Below are positions 39,859-49,314 of a stretch of DNA of 64,000 bases, one piece after another. The notes under the pieces were generated by a model. That model was not told where the DNA came from. It saw only the letters and a program-made list of their open reading frames with translations, and did no database searches. The position numbers and the translations under genes were made by a program. Location: the NCBI GenBank assembly GCA_963778115.1, contig CAVZSV010000004.1, positions 1,472,001 to 1,536,000 of the forward strand. The letters are read 5' to 3'. Each line of letters opens with the position of its first letter. Within the stretch, counting starts at the first letter, position 1. The stretch is from an uncultured delta proteobacterium (GTDB taxonomy: Bacteria; Bdellovibrionota; FAC87; UBA2466).

Positions 39859-39941
39859 TCCCATGTCTACGTTTTAAGTTCAGGTTCAGGTCAATGTTCA
39901 AGCCTTGGGTCATGAACGTATGCGTAGACGTGAACGTGAAC
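39859..39941. repeat. Inverted array of degenerate hexamers (GTCTAC/GTTCAG then ATGAAC/GTAGAC/GTGAAC)
   Basis: Same architecture as 15019-15116. Confidence 0.7.
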
Positions 39942-40062
39942 TCTCACTTGAGCCGTGAGCGTCGGCTTATTTGCGCTAAAGCAACCTTGGCGCACTAGGA
40001 TGCCCGGAGTCAGGTCTGCTTTTTCTCTCCCCTCCCCGCAAATTGTGCTAATAAGCCGAGTC

Positions 40063-41628
40063 ATGCGAACTTTATTCTTTCTAGCTACTTTTTCTTACTG
40101 GGCATTGGCCGCGACCAGCCAAACGTTACGTGTTAGCAATGGTGCCGAGCCCCAGGATCTCGATCCACAGACAGTCACCGGAACTCCTGAATTCAACATC
40201 CTCATCAACCTATTCGAAGGGCTGGTCACCAAAGACCCCAAGACTCTTGAAATTCTTCCTGCTGTTGCCGAACGCTGGAAGGTCTCGCCAGACGGTAAGT
40301 CCTACACTTTTTATCTGCGCAAGGATGCTCGCTGGAGTGACGGAACCCCTGTCACGGCTTCGGATTTCGTCTACTCTTGGGCAAGGCTGCTCGATCCCAA
40401 GACCGCGGCTGAATATGCGCCGTATGGTTACTATATTGTTAACGGAGAAAAATACGCCAAGGGTGAGATCAAAGACATTAACCAACTGGGCGTATCGGCT
40501 CTCGGCGATCACACGCTTAAAGTTACTCTAGTAAATCCTACAACCTATTTCTTAAGTCTGTTGACCCAACCCTGTCTGGCACCCGTACCCAAGAAGGCGA
40601 TCGAAAAATTCGGCAAGAACTGGACTCGCCCAGAAAATATGATCTCTAACGGCCCATTCCAACTGTCCGAATGGAAAATGAATCAGAGTATCCTCGCCAA
40701 GAAAAATCCCTTCTACTGGGATCGTAGCCATGTCAAATTAGATAAGATTAATTTTCTGGTCATTGATAACAAAGACACCGAAGAAAAGATGTTTCGCACC
40801 AAAGAGATCGATCTGACTCAAGAGGTTCCACTCGAGAAATTAGCGCTTTGGAAGAAAGACAAAACGGGGTCATTACAGAGTTACGATTACCTGGCCATCT
40901 ATTTCTATCGTCTTAATGTAAGCAAACCTCCTTTGAATAATCCCAAAGTTCGTAAGGCTCTTAATCTTGCCATCAACCGTCAGGACCTGGTGAATTACGT
41001 CACTAAAGCAAACCAAACGCCCGCACGCGGGCTAGTTCCTCCGGGGGCTGGCAGGACCTATTCTGGCCCCATGGTCCTCCCCACCGATCTAAGCCGATTA
41101 AGCGAAGCCAAGCGGCTGTTGAAAGAAGCAGGGTATCCGGACGGAAAGGGGCTACCGTCTTTGGAGATTCTTTACAATACCCACGAAGCCCACAAAAAGA
41201 TCGCCGAAGCCCTCCAGCAGATGTGGAAAGTTAATCTCAATCTCAATGTCACCCTCAATAATCAAGAATGGAAAGTTTTCTTGGATACCGTAAACACGGG
41301 AGGATACCAAATCGCTCGAGCGGGATGGACCGGCAATTACAACGATCCCAACGCCTTCTTGGAGCTGTTTCAGACCGGCTCGCCTACCAACCGAACGGGC
41401 TGGTCGAACCTCGAGTACGATGAACTGCTAAAAAAGGCGGCTAAAGAAAAGAGCGTGAAGGCTAGGTTTACACTTCTAGAGCAGGCGGAAAGTATCCTCT
41501 TGGAAGAGCTTCCGGTCATTCCCCTGTATTACTACAAACGCAACTGTCTGAAGTCGGCAAAAGTTAAAGGATGGTATCCGAACCTTGAGGACTACCACCC
41601 CCTAAAACTGGTCACGATCGAAGGTTAA
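40063..41628 (+). CDS. oppA: Oligopeptide ABC transporter binding protein (copy 2)
   Basis: Same family-5 motifs; start moved to ATG 40063 (signal peptide MRTLFFLATFSYWALA). Confidence 0.95.
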   Translation: MRTLFFLATFSYWALAATSQTLRVSNGAEPQDLDPQTVTGTPEFNILINLFEGLVTKDPKTLEILPAVAERWKVSPDGKSYTFYLRKDARWSDGTPVTASDFVYSWARLLDPKTAAEYAPYGYYIVNGEKYAKGEIKDINQLGVSALGDHTLKVTLVNPTTYFLSLLTQPCLAPVPKKAIEKFGKNWTRPENMISNGPFQLSEWKMNQSILAKKNPFYWDRSHVKLDKINFLVIDNKDTEEKMFRTKEIDLTQEVPLEKLALWKKDKTGSLQSYDYLAIYFYRLNVSKPPLNNPKVRKALNLAINRQDLVNYVTKANQTPARGLVPPGAGRTYSGPMVLPTDLSRLSEAKRLLKEAGYPDGKGLPSLEILYNTHEAHKKIAEALQQMWKVNLNLNVTLNNQEWKVFLDTVNTGGYQIARAGWTGNYNDPNAFLELFQTGSPTNRTGWSNLEYDELLKKAAKEKSVKARFTLLEQAESILLEELPVIPLYYYKRNCLKSAKVKGWYPNLEDYHPLKLVTIEG

Positions 41629-41740
41629 AACTTCGTTAGATTACGGGGCTTTACTTTTATAAACGGGTAGGGCCTATCCAGCCCTCAATACTAAAAAAAA
41701 GCTTGTGAAATCCGCTATATTTGATTACTTCTGACCTTTC

Positions 41741-41874
41741 GGGGTAGCTAGGGTGCGGTTAGGTGCCTCTTGGCTAGTCCGCGAGACCCGACCGGGGGCG
41801 AGGGTTCATAGGCAAATCGTAGCAGTGGGGAAAAGCTGAAACATACTCTGCAGATGAACGGAAGGAAAAGCCTC
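41741..41874 (+). promoter_or_regulatory. Candidate structured 5' leader RNA (riboswitch-like)
   Basis: GC-rich nested stems UAGCU/AGCUG, GGGU/ACCC, GCGGUUAG/CUAGUCCGC, GCGA/UCGU after an AT-rich promoter-like stretch. Confidence 0.35.
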
Positions 41875-43479
41875 ATGATTCGAAAGTCCCAATTAATTCT
41901 CTCGTTGGTCTTGAGCTTAGTCTTTCTGCCTTGTTGTGTGAAAACCAATGCTCCGAGCGGCAAAAATATTATTCGTATCGGGAACGGCGTCGAACCTAAG
42001 GATCTCGATCCTCATAAAGTTACCGGAGTGCCGGAAGACATGCTGCTCCGTCAGCTATTTGAACCTTTAGTGGCGCGCGATGCTAAGGACCTGCATCCAA
42101 TTCCAGGGGTTGCCGAGAGTTGGACGCTATCCAAGAATGGAAAAGAGTACACGTTTAAACTTAGACCCAACGCAAAGTGGAGCAACGGCGAACCGGTGAC
42201 CGCTCAAGATTTTGTCGATGGCTGGCGTAGATTGGTCGACCCAAAAACCGCCTCTGAATATGCCTATCAGGGCTACTACATAATTAACGGCAAAGAGATC
42301 AACACGGGAAAGATCAAAGACCCTTCGAAACTGGGCGCCCAAGCCGTTGACGCGCAGACGCTCAAAGTTAACCTCGTGCATCCGACACCCTATTTTCTAA
42401 GTCTTCTAGATCACTATTCGATGTACCCGATTTACAAGAAGACCATTGATAAGAACGGCAATCGCTGGACTCGTCCTGAAAATTTCGTGGGCAACGGAGC
42501 TTACAAGCTTCAGACGTGGGATATCAATAAAGTCATTTCCATGGTGAAGAGTCCGACCTACTGGAATGGTGCTGAAGTGAAAATTGACGAAGCGTATTTT
42601 TATCCTATCGACAATCTCGATACCGAAGAAAAAATGTTTCGCACAAAGGAGTTGGACGTCACGAAAGAGATTCCGCCTGAGAAGTTGCCTTTCTGGCAAA
42701 AAGATAAATCGGGCGTTTTCGTAAGTGCGGACTATTTGGGAACCTATTATTTTAGGGTCAATGTCACTAAGGGCCCGTTGAAAGATAAGCGCATTCGCAA
42801 GGCTCTCAATCTAGGCTTCGACCGATCCCAAATCGTAAAATATGTCTCTCGGGGAAACCAGAATCCCTCATTGGCATTTACGCCTCCCGGTACCGGGGGA
42901 TACGAGCCTCCTAAAATACTACCTTCGGATTTGAGCCGGCTTGCCGAAGCTAAGAAGCTGCTCGCGGACGCCGGATATCCTGGGGGTAAAGGGATGCCCT
43001 CCATCGAAATTCTTTATAATACGCAGGAGATCCACAAGAAGCTCGCGGAAGCCATTCAGGCGATGTGGAAGGAAAATCTTGGGATTAACGTCACTATCGT
43101 TAATCAAGAGTGGAAGGTTTACCTCAACAGCATGAAGACGTTAAACTACGACGTCGCGCGCGCGGGATGGATTGGAGACTACAACGATCCCAATACCTTC
43201 CTAGAAAATTTCATGACTGATAATGGGAATAATGAGACGGGCTATGCGAACAAAGTATACGATAAGCTAATTATTGAGTCTCAGAATGAAATGGATCAGC
43301 AAAAGCGATTCGATACTTTCACGAAAGCAGAGACGATCTTACTCGAGGATCTCCCGATGGTACCGATTTATACTTGGCGTAAGAATTATTTGAAGGCAAA
43401 AAAGGTCCAAGGTTGGTATCCCAATATCCAAGACTTGCACTCGCTTAAAGACGTTTGGATTGATGATTCAAAGAGCTAA
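41875..43479 (+). CDS. oppA: Oligopeptide ABC transporter binding protein (copy 3, probable lipoprotein)
   Basis: Family-5 motifs; signal peptide ending LVFLPCC; AAGGA RBS before ATG 41875. Confidence 0.95.
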   Translation: MIRKSQLILSLVLSLVFLPCCVKTNAPSGKNIIRIGNGVEPKDLDPHKVTGVPEDMLLRQLFEPLVARDAKDLHPIPGVAESWTLSKNGKEYTFKLRPNAKWSNGEPVTAQDFVDGWRRLVDPKTASEYAYQGYYIINGKEINTGKIKDPSKLGAQAVDAQTLKVNLVHPTPYFLSLLDHYSMYPIYKKTIDKNGNRWTRPENFVGNGAYKLQTWDINKVISMVKSPTYWNGAEVKIDEAYFYPIDNLDTEEKMFRTKELDVTKEIPPEKLPFWQKDKSGVFVSADYLGTYYFRVNVTKGPLKDKRIRKALNLGFDRSQIVKYVSRGNQNPSLAFTPPGTGGYEPPKILPSDLSRLAEAKKLLADAGYPGGKGMPSIEILYNTQEIHKKLAEAIQAMWKENLGINVTIVNQEWKVYLNSMKTLNYDVARAGWIGDYNDPNTFLENFMTDNGNNETGYANKVYDKLIIESQNEMDQQKRFDTFTKAETILLEDLPMVPIYTWRKNYLKAKKVQGWYPNIQDLHSLKDVWIDDSKS

Positions 43480-43528
43480 GGAATCACATAACTAACAACA
43501 ACGGCAACACTTAGGGTTAATACATAAC

Positions 43529-44449
43529 ATGGGACTTCGATACTTATTGGGACGACTAGCGGTAATGATTCCGGTGTTTGTCGTCGTCGTGACCGTTGTC
43601 TTTTTCATGATCCGCTTTGCTCCGGGGGGTCCTTTCGACTCGGAAAAGCAAGTTCCTCCAGACATCTTAAAAAATTTGAATGCCAAGTATCATCTCGATG
43701 AACCGCTGTGGCAGCAGTACGTTCGCTATTGGGGCGACCTCTCCCGGTTTGATCTGGGCCCTTCTTTCAAATACGCGAACCGTACCGTGAACGAGATTAT
43801 CGCGGAATCTCTTCCCGTATCGGCCGAGCTGGGCATGATCTCTTTGGTGTGGGCGCTATTGATAGGCATTACGGCCGGGGGGCTTGCGGCCCTTAAGCCC
43901 AATTCGCTGTTTGATTACATCCCGATGTCTTTTTCCATACTAGGGATCTGTCTTCCGACCTTTGTGATAGGGCCGCTCTTTGTGTTGGTCTTTGCCGTAT
44001 GGCTAGGATGGTTGCCGGTAGGGGGCTGGAACACCTGGCAAGATCGTATCTTGCCCTCACTTACTCTTGGATTTGCTTATGCCGCCTATATTTCACGCCT
44101 CACTCGAGGGGGTCTTATGGAAATCCGCAGCCAAGATTTTATTCGCACGGCCAGGGCTAAAGGGCTCTCTGAATCGCGTGTCATCATTAAGCATGCGCTT
44201 CGAGGTGGGCTTCTTCCCGTCGTCTCTTACTTAGGCCCTGCCATGGCGGGTATCATTTCGGGTGCCCTGGTAACGGAGCAGATTTTTAATATTCCAGGCC
44301 TCGGCCGCTTCTTTATTCAAAGTGCCGTCAATCGTGATTACACCGTCGTCATGGGGACGTCGTTGTTGTATTTTTCCCTCATCTTTGTCGCTAACTTCTT
44401 GGTGGATATCGTCTACGTATTTTTAGACCCAAGAGTTAGGTATGAGTAG
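43529..44449 (+). CDS. oppB: Oligopeptide ABC permease
   Basis: APGGPF, DLGPS, DFIRTARAKGL, NRDY, DPRVR. Confidence 0.95.
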   Translation: MGLRYLLGRLAVMIPVFVVVVTVVFFMIRFAPGGPFDSEKQVPPDILKNLNAKYHLDEPLWQQYVRYWGDLSRFDLGPSFKYANRTVNEIIAESLPVSAELGMISLVWALLIGITAGGLAALKPNSLFDYIPMSFSILGICLPTFVIGPLFVLVFAVWLGWLPVGGWNTWQDRILPSLTLGFAYAAYISRLTRGGLMEIRSQDFIRTARAKGLSESRVIIKHALRGGLLPVVSYLGPAMAGIISGALVTEQIFNIPGLGRFFIQSAVNRDYTVVMGTSLLYFSLIFVANFLVDIVYVFLDPRVRYE

Positions 44450-45354
44450 CGGCGTAACCACTATGCAAAATACGATTTTAGCCCAAGCGACTGAAGACGA
44501 TTCTGTAGGCGTTAGCCTATGGAAAGACGCCTATCATAGACTTCTCAAGAATAAGCTTGCTACCATCGGCGGCATTTTCATTCTGATTGAAGTCGTCGTT
44601 TGCCTTGTGACTCCCTGGATTGCTCCTTATGGGTTCGATACTCAAAATTTAGAAATGACGCTAGTTAAGCCCTCGATGGCTCACTGGCTAGGAACCGACA
44701 ATTTAGGAAGAGACCTTTTTACTCGTTTGCTTTACGGCGGACGTATCTCGATGATGGTGGGTTTCTTGGCTTCCATGGTGAGCGTCATTGTGGGAGTTGT
44801 CTACGGTGCTATCTCCGGATTTGTCGGGGGAAAGCTAGATAACTTCATGATGCGAGTGGTAGATGTGCTCTTTGCTCTTCCCTTCGTTTTTCTCGTTATT
44901 ATTCTGATGGTCTATTTCGGTAGAAACATTCTTTTGCTCTTCGTGGCGTTGGGTTTCACTCAATGGCTAACGATGGCGCGCATTGTCCGAGGCCAGGTTA
45001 TCTCTCTTAAAGAGAAGGAATTCGTAGAAGCCGCTCGATTCTTTGGGCATCTCCAACTGGGGAATTATCTTCCGCCATCTTATTCCCAATACCTTGGGTC
45101 CTGTGATCGTCTATCTAACGCTAACGGTCCCTTCGGTTATTTTGGACGAAGCTTTCTTAAGTTTCTTAGGCTTAGGAGTCCAGGCCCCCATGGCCTCTTG
45201 GGGAACGCTTATCTCTAATGGCGTTGAAGTTATGGAGATTGCTCCCTGGGCACTTATCTTTCCGGCACTGACACTCTCGGTTACGCTCTTCTCGTTAAAC
45301 TTTCTAGGTGACGGCCTTAGGGATGTGTTGGACCCGAAAGGGGCCAAAGATTGA
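44442..45354 (+). pseudogene. oppC: Oligopeptide ABC permease OppC, frameshifted near 45039-45040 (real lesion or sequence error)
   Basis: HWLGTDNLGRD ... EFVEAAR in one frame; (S)LGISNWGIIFRHLIPN ... GDGLRDVLDPK in another; removing one T restores AARSLG. Confidence 0.9.
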
Positions 45355-45410
45355 GATGGCGCCGAAAGGGAGCAAAGACTGAGATGGTACCCAAGGGAGC
45401 TAAAGACTAA
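45328..45410 (+). repeat. Three 28-nt-period imperfect tandem copies of the oppC 3' end; copies 2 and 3 are mini-ORFs MAPKGSKD* and MVPKGAKD*
   Basis: ttg gac ccg aaa ggg gcc aaa gat tga g / atg gcg ccg aaa ggg agc aaa gac tga g / atg gta ccc aag gga gct aaa gac taa. Confidence 0.9.
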
Positions 45411-46384
45411 TGGAACCGATCCTAGAGCTCAAAAATTTCCAGGCTCACTTTTATACCCGTAGAGGGATCGTGAAAGCCGTAGACGGACTTTCGTTCGAAG
45501 TCCATCCCGGAGAGACCCTGGGTATTGTGGGAGAAAGCGGCAGCGGAAAGTCTGTTACCCATTTAAGCTATCTACGTCTCTTGCCTTCCCCTCCACTGAG
45601 AATTGTGGGAGGCGAAGTCCTCTTCAAGGGGAAAGATATTCTAAAGATTTCGGATCGAGCGCTTAGAGATCTACGTGGAAAGTCTATCGCCATGATCTTC
45701 CAAGAGCCCATGACCTCGCTCAATCCCTATATGAAGATTGGAACGCAGCTCATCGAGCCTCTTCTCATTCATACCGTCACTAGCAAGAAAGACGCCTGGA
45801 AGAAATCAATTGCTGCCCTTGAGCGTGTGGGAATTCCAAACGCTGAATCGGCGATGAGTCGTTACCCTCATGAGTTTAGCGGCGGAATGCGCCAGAGAGT
45901 CATGATCGCCATGGCGCTTACCACCGATCCGGAAGTACTAATTGCCGACGAACCAACGACAGCTCTGGACGTCACGGTGCAAGCGCAGATATTAGATTTA
46001 CTGAAAGACATTCAAAAAGACACCGGAATGGCGGTCGTTCTTATCACCCACGATTTAGGTGTGGTCGCGGGCCTTGCCGATCGCGTTGTGGTTATGTACG
46101 CAGGGCATGTGTTTGAAGAGGGAACGTCCGACGATATCTTTTACAAATCGGCGCATCCCTATACTCTGGCTCTCTTGAAATCCACTCCGCGTATCGATGT
46201 CCCCCAAGGAATGTTACCGGTAATTCCAGGCGTTCCTCCCGATCTTTCACGGCTGGGAGTCGGGTGCCCGTTTTATGAACGGTGTGGATATCACATGGAT
46301 GTTTGCCTGGAGAAGTTTCCGCAAGCACGTCAATTTAATCCCGGGCATGAATCCTTCTGTTATTTGGAGACATCTCCCCAATGA
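45410..46384 (+). CDS. oppD: Oligopeptide ABC ATPase
   Basis: [31 protein letters not shown]-terminal Cys motif. Confidence 0.95.
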   Translation: MEPILELKNFQAHFYTRRGIVKAVDGLSFEVHPGETLGIVGESGSGKSVTHLSYLRLLPSPPLRIVGGEVLFKGKDILKISDRALRDLRGKSIAMIFQEPMTSLNPYMKIGTQLIEPLLIHTVTSKKDAWKKSIAALERVGIPNAESAMSRYPHEFSGGMRQRVMIAMALTTDPEVLIADEPTTALDVTVQAQILDLLKDIQKDTGMAVVLITHDLGVVAGLADRVVVMYAGHVFEEGTSDDIFYKSAHPYTLALLKSTPRIDVPQGMLPVIPGVPPDLSRLGVGCPFYERCGYHMDVCLEKFPQARQFNPGHESFCYLETSPQ

Positions 46385-47391
46385 GTACTTCCAGTCCTAT
46401 CGAAACCATCGCGCGAATTCGAAATCTAAAAGTCCACTTTCCGGTCCGGGGAGGTTTCTTAAGTTTTGGACACAAGCATTTTCTTAAAGCCGTGGACGGA
46501 GTTTCCTTAGACTTAGCCAAAGGCGAAATCCTGGGCCTGGTGGGAGAATCCGGCTGTGGAAAGAGCTCTTTGGGACGTGCTATCATGCGGCTGATTAAGA
46601 TTACCGACGGGTCTATTGAAATCGCGGGTACGGATTTTTTAAGCCTTGAAGGAAAAGCACTTCGTAAAGCCAGACCCAATATTCAAATGATCTTTCAAGA
46701 TCCGTACGCTTCGCTCAATCCGCGCATGACGGTGTTTGATATCTTGGCGGAGCCTCTTTACACCCACACGAAACTAAACAGCGAAGAGCAGACAAAGAAA
46801 ATCAAAGATACTCTCGAATTGGTGGGTTTGCGCTTTAAAGCTTCCAAGAAATACCCTCACGAGTTTTCCGGCGGACAAAGACAGCGTATCGCAATAGCCA
46901 GGGCTCTCATCTTAAATCCCAAAGTGATCATTGCCGATGAACCGGTTTCCTCTTTGGATGTCTCCGTACAAGCACAAATCCTTAACTTGCTTAAGGAGAT
47001 TCAAGGACGCTTGGGCCTTTCGATGGTCTTTATCTCCCACAATCTGGCGGTAGTAAAATACATCTCCGATCGTATCGCCGTTATGTATCTGGGAAAGATT
47101 GTTGAAGTAGCCGAACGCGAGGAACTATATCGAAATCCGCTTCATCCTTATACCCGGGCCCTAGTTTCAGCGGTCCCCATTCCCGACCCTAAACTAGAAC
47201 GCGCTCGAAAACGAATTCCTGTTGGGGGAGAACTCCCTTCTCCTTTGAATCCGCCCAAGGGCTGTGCCTTTCACACCCGCTGTCCCCTAGCTTTCGACCG
47301 TTGCCGCGCCGAACAGCCACAACTCAAAGTACAGCCTGCCGGACAACACTACGTCTCTTGCTTCGCCGTCGACGAAGGCAGGACTTCGTAG
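46381..47391 (+). CDS. oppF: Oligopeptide ABC ATPase
   Basis: GESGCGKS, FQDPYASLNP, SGGQRQR, GCAFHTRCP. Confidence 0.95.
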   Translation: MSTSSPIETIARIRNLKVHFPVRGGFLSFGHKHFLKAVDGVSLDLAKGEILGLVGESGCGKSSLGRAIMRLIKITDGSIEIAGTDFLSLEGKALRKARPNIQMIFQDPYASLNPRMTVFDILAEPLYTHTKLNSEEQTKKIKDTLELVGLRFKASKKYPHEFSGGQRQRIAIARALILNPKVIIADEPVSSLDVSVQAQILNLLKEIQGRLGLSMVFISHNLAVVKYISDRIAVMYLGKIVEVAEREELYRNPLHPYTRALVSAVPIPDPKLERARKRIPVGGELPSPLNPPKGCAFHTRCPLAFDRCRAEQPQLKVQPAGQHYVSCFAVDEGRTS

Positions 47392-47490
47392 GACAAAATT
47401 TATAAACTGACGCAACACATCAATAATGACCTCGCCCGGCAAGTAGGGGAGAATAAGAGTCACTAACTCGAAGTCACCTGAGGTACCATT

Positions 47491-49314
47491 TTGCGAGCCA
47501 TCTCGATTTTGGTCTTATCCTTCCTTTTAGTTTTCACTATTTGCTACGGATTTTACTTCCCCGAACCCTTTTTCCTCTTGGACGATGGACAGCTTATTGA
47601 CAGCCCTCAATTGAAATCCCCTCTAACACTGGGCTCAATATCCTCCATTTTCACTCCAGGTACCCAGGTCGATTTCTACCCAGTTAGGGATCTGTCACAT
47701 CTCATCGAGATACACCTCTTGGGAGCAAAACCCACAGGAGAAACTGGGACCTTATTTAGAGCGACCAACTTAATCCTTTTCGCGGGAACTGGATTCTGCC
47801 TTTATTTTCTTTTGCTCTCATTGAGCGTACTACCTACTTTCGCCTTGGTGCTCGTGGGCTTCTGGCTCTTTAATCCGGTACATGCAGAGACGATCCTGTG
47901 GATTTCTTCTCGGAAGGATCTTCTGAGTTTGTTTTTTGGAGTATCCAGTGTTCTGTTTTTCATAAAACTAATTCTCCGGAACCAACGGAAATTTGCATTG
48001 GGAAGCATGATTTGTTTCATACTTAGTATTTTTTCGAAGGCTTCGCTCTGTTTACTGCCTCTTGTGGCAGCATTCCATTTATTTCGCAGAGGCAATCCTA
48101 GGGCTAGCCGACTTGCTAAAGTTACCACCATTGGTCTATGTACCATAGGTTTACTGGGAGCCTGCTATCAGAGTAGGTTCTATTCTCACTTTAATGACAT
48201 GAGATTTTTTTATCCTTTCGACTATAGGCTTTTGGCAGGAACAACTGCTTTAGGAAGAATGGTAGTGGGATGGCTTTACGCTCCGGTGAATGCCATCGAC
48301 GTCTACAACTGGGGAGACTGGGCGTCATATTATAAGGGATTTGCGCCTTTAGGGATCTTGTTTCTTCTGTCCTTATTGGGATTGCTTTATTTTTCGATAA
48401 AAACAAAAAGAGAAGCTCTTATCTTGGGGGTCTTAGGTTTTTTCCTTCTCTATCTGCCAGTTAGTGGAATGGTTTTTCCTCATCGTAACTTTTATTCCGT
48501 CCGCTACCTCGAAGCCCCGCTCCTTTTTCTTGGCGTATGCGTTGCGGTGTCCCTTAACGCCGTTCTGAAACCGATTAAGGTCAAAGCGACACTAGTCTGG
48601 ATCTCAGTGTTCGTATTATGTGCCGGCCTTTCCCTAGAGACGTGCGTGGAAGGACGCCGGTGGGAGAGCGGCCTTTCGGTAATCAATAAGTCGCTGGCCC
48701 TTGCCCCGCTGAACCCTGCCATCTCGCTCCTCAAGCTACAGGAAATGTACAACTTAAAGCGATGGGGACGGCTAAATAAGGACGAACTGACCCACCTTAC
48801 CGCTTTGGAATCGACACTTCGCCGTAACTGTTCCGGATCCCTTGATAAAACTCCTTCTCTAAACGGAGATCTCTGTTCCATGTATTTCTCCCATATCCAA
48901 CAGTCCTTAAGAGATAAGAAATCTCTAACAAAGGAAGAGGAAATTGAGCTCGAACAAATTGACCAATGGCTTTTGCGACATATTCAAATACTTAATCCCC
49001 TTCAAGCACGGGAATATCAGACCTATTTAAATATGGAAAAGTTACTAAATGGGACAGGAGACAAGGAGGAAATGACTCATCTTCAGCAAGCCAAGCTATC
49101 TCCCGTAATGAATACCAAAGAAAGCCTACGGCTCAATATCTGGGCAATAAATTGTATCTACGGGAATCGTACGGAAGCGAAGAATTTGTACCTCAGATGG
49201 AAGAACCAAGCTTTGGTGTCCCTTCAATCCACAAAATCGCAGATCTCACAACTCATGCACCGAACTTCGCTTGCTTCAGCAGGTAGTATTAGTTGGAAAG
49301 AGTGCCTACCTTAG
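47491..49314 (+). CDS. GT-C fold membrane glycosyltransferase, TMTC-like
   Basis: FLLDD, YPVRDLS, PVHAETILWISSRKDLL, SKA, RYL; many TM helices. Confidence 0.78.
   Translation: MRAISILVLSFLLVFTICYGFYFPEPFFLLDDGQLIDSPQLKSPLTLGSISSIFTPGTQVDFYPVRDLSHLIEIHLLGAKPTGETGTLFRATNLILFAGTGFCLYFLLLSLSVLPTFALVLVGFWLFNPVHAETILWISSRKDLLSLFFGVSSVLFFIKLILRNQRKFALGSMICFILSIFSKASLCLLPLVAAFHLFRRGNPRASRLAKVTTIGLCTIGLLGACYQSRFYSHFNDMRFFYPFDYRLLAGTTALGRMVVGWLYAPVNAIDVYNWGDWASYYKGFAPLGILFLLSLLGLLYFSIKTKREALILGVLGFFLLYLPVSGMVFPHRNFYSVRYLEAPLLFLGVCVAVSLNAVLKPIKVKATLVWISVFVLCAGLSLETCVEGRRWESGLSVINKSLALAPLNPAISLLKLQEMYNLKRWGRLNKDELTHLTALESTLRRNCSGSLDKTPSLNGDLCSMYFSHIQQSLRDKKSLTKEEEIELEQIDQWLLRHIQILNPLQAREYQTYLNMEKLLNGTGDKEEMTHLQQAKLSPVMNTKESLRLNIWAINCIYGNRTEAKNLYLRWKNQALVSLQSTKSQISQLMHRTSLASAGSISWKECLP

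Noticed and set aside
41809..41840. c-di-GMP-I (GEMM) riboswitch suggested by GGCAAA...AAAGC
   Set aside because: No GNRA-capped P2 stem and no GACGCAAAGC core
45328..45410. 28-nt repeats as a CRISPR array
   Set aside because: Units are directly adjacent with no spacers, follow codon structure, and no cas genes are present
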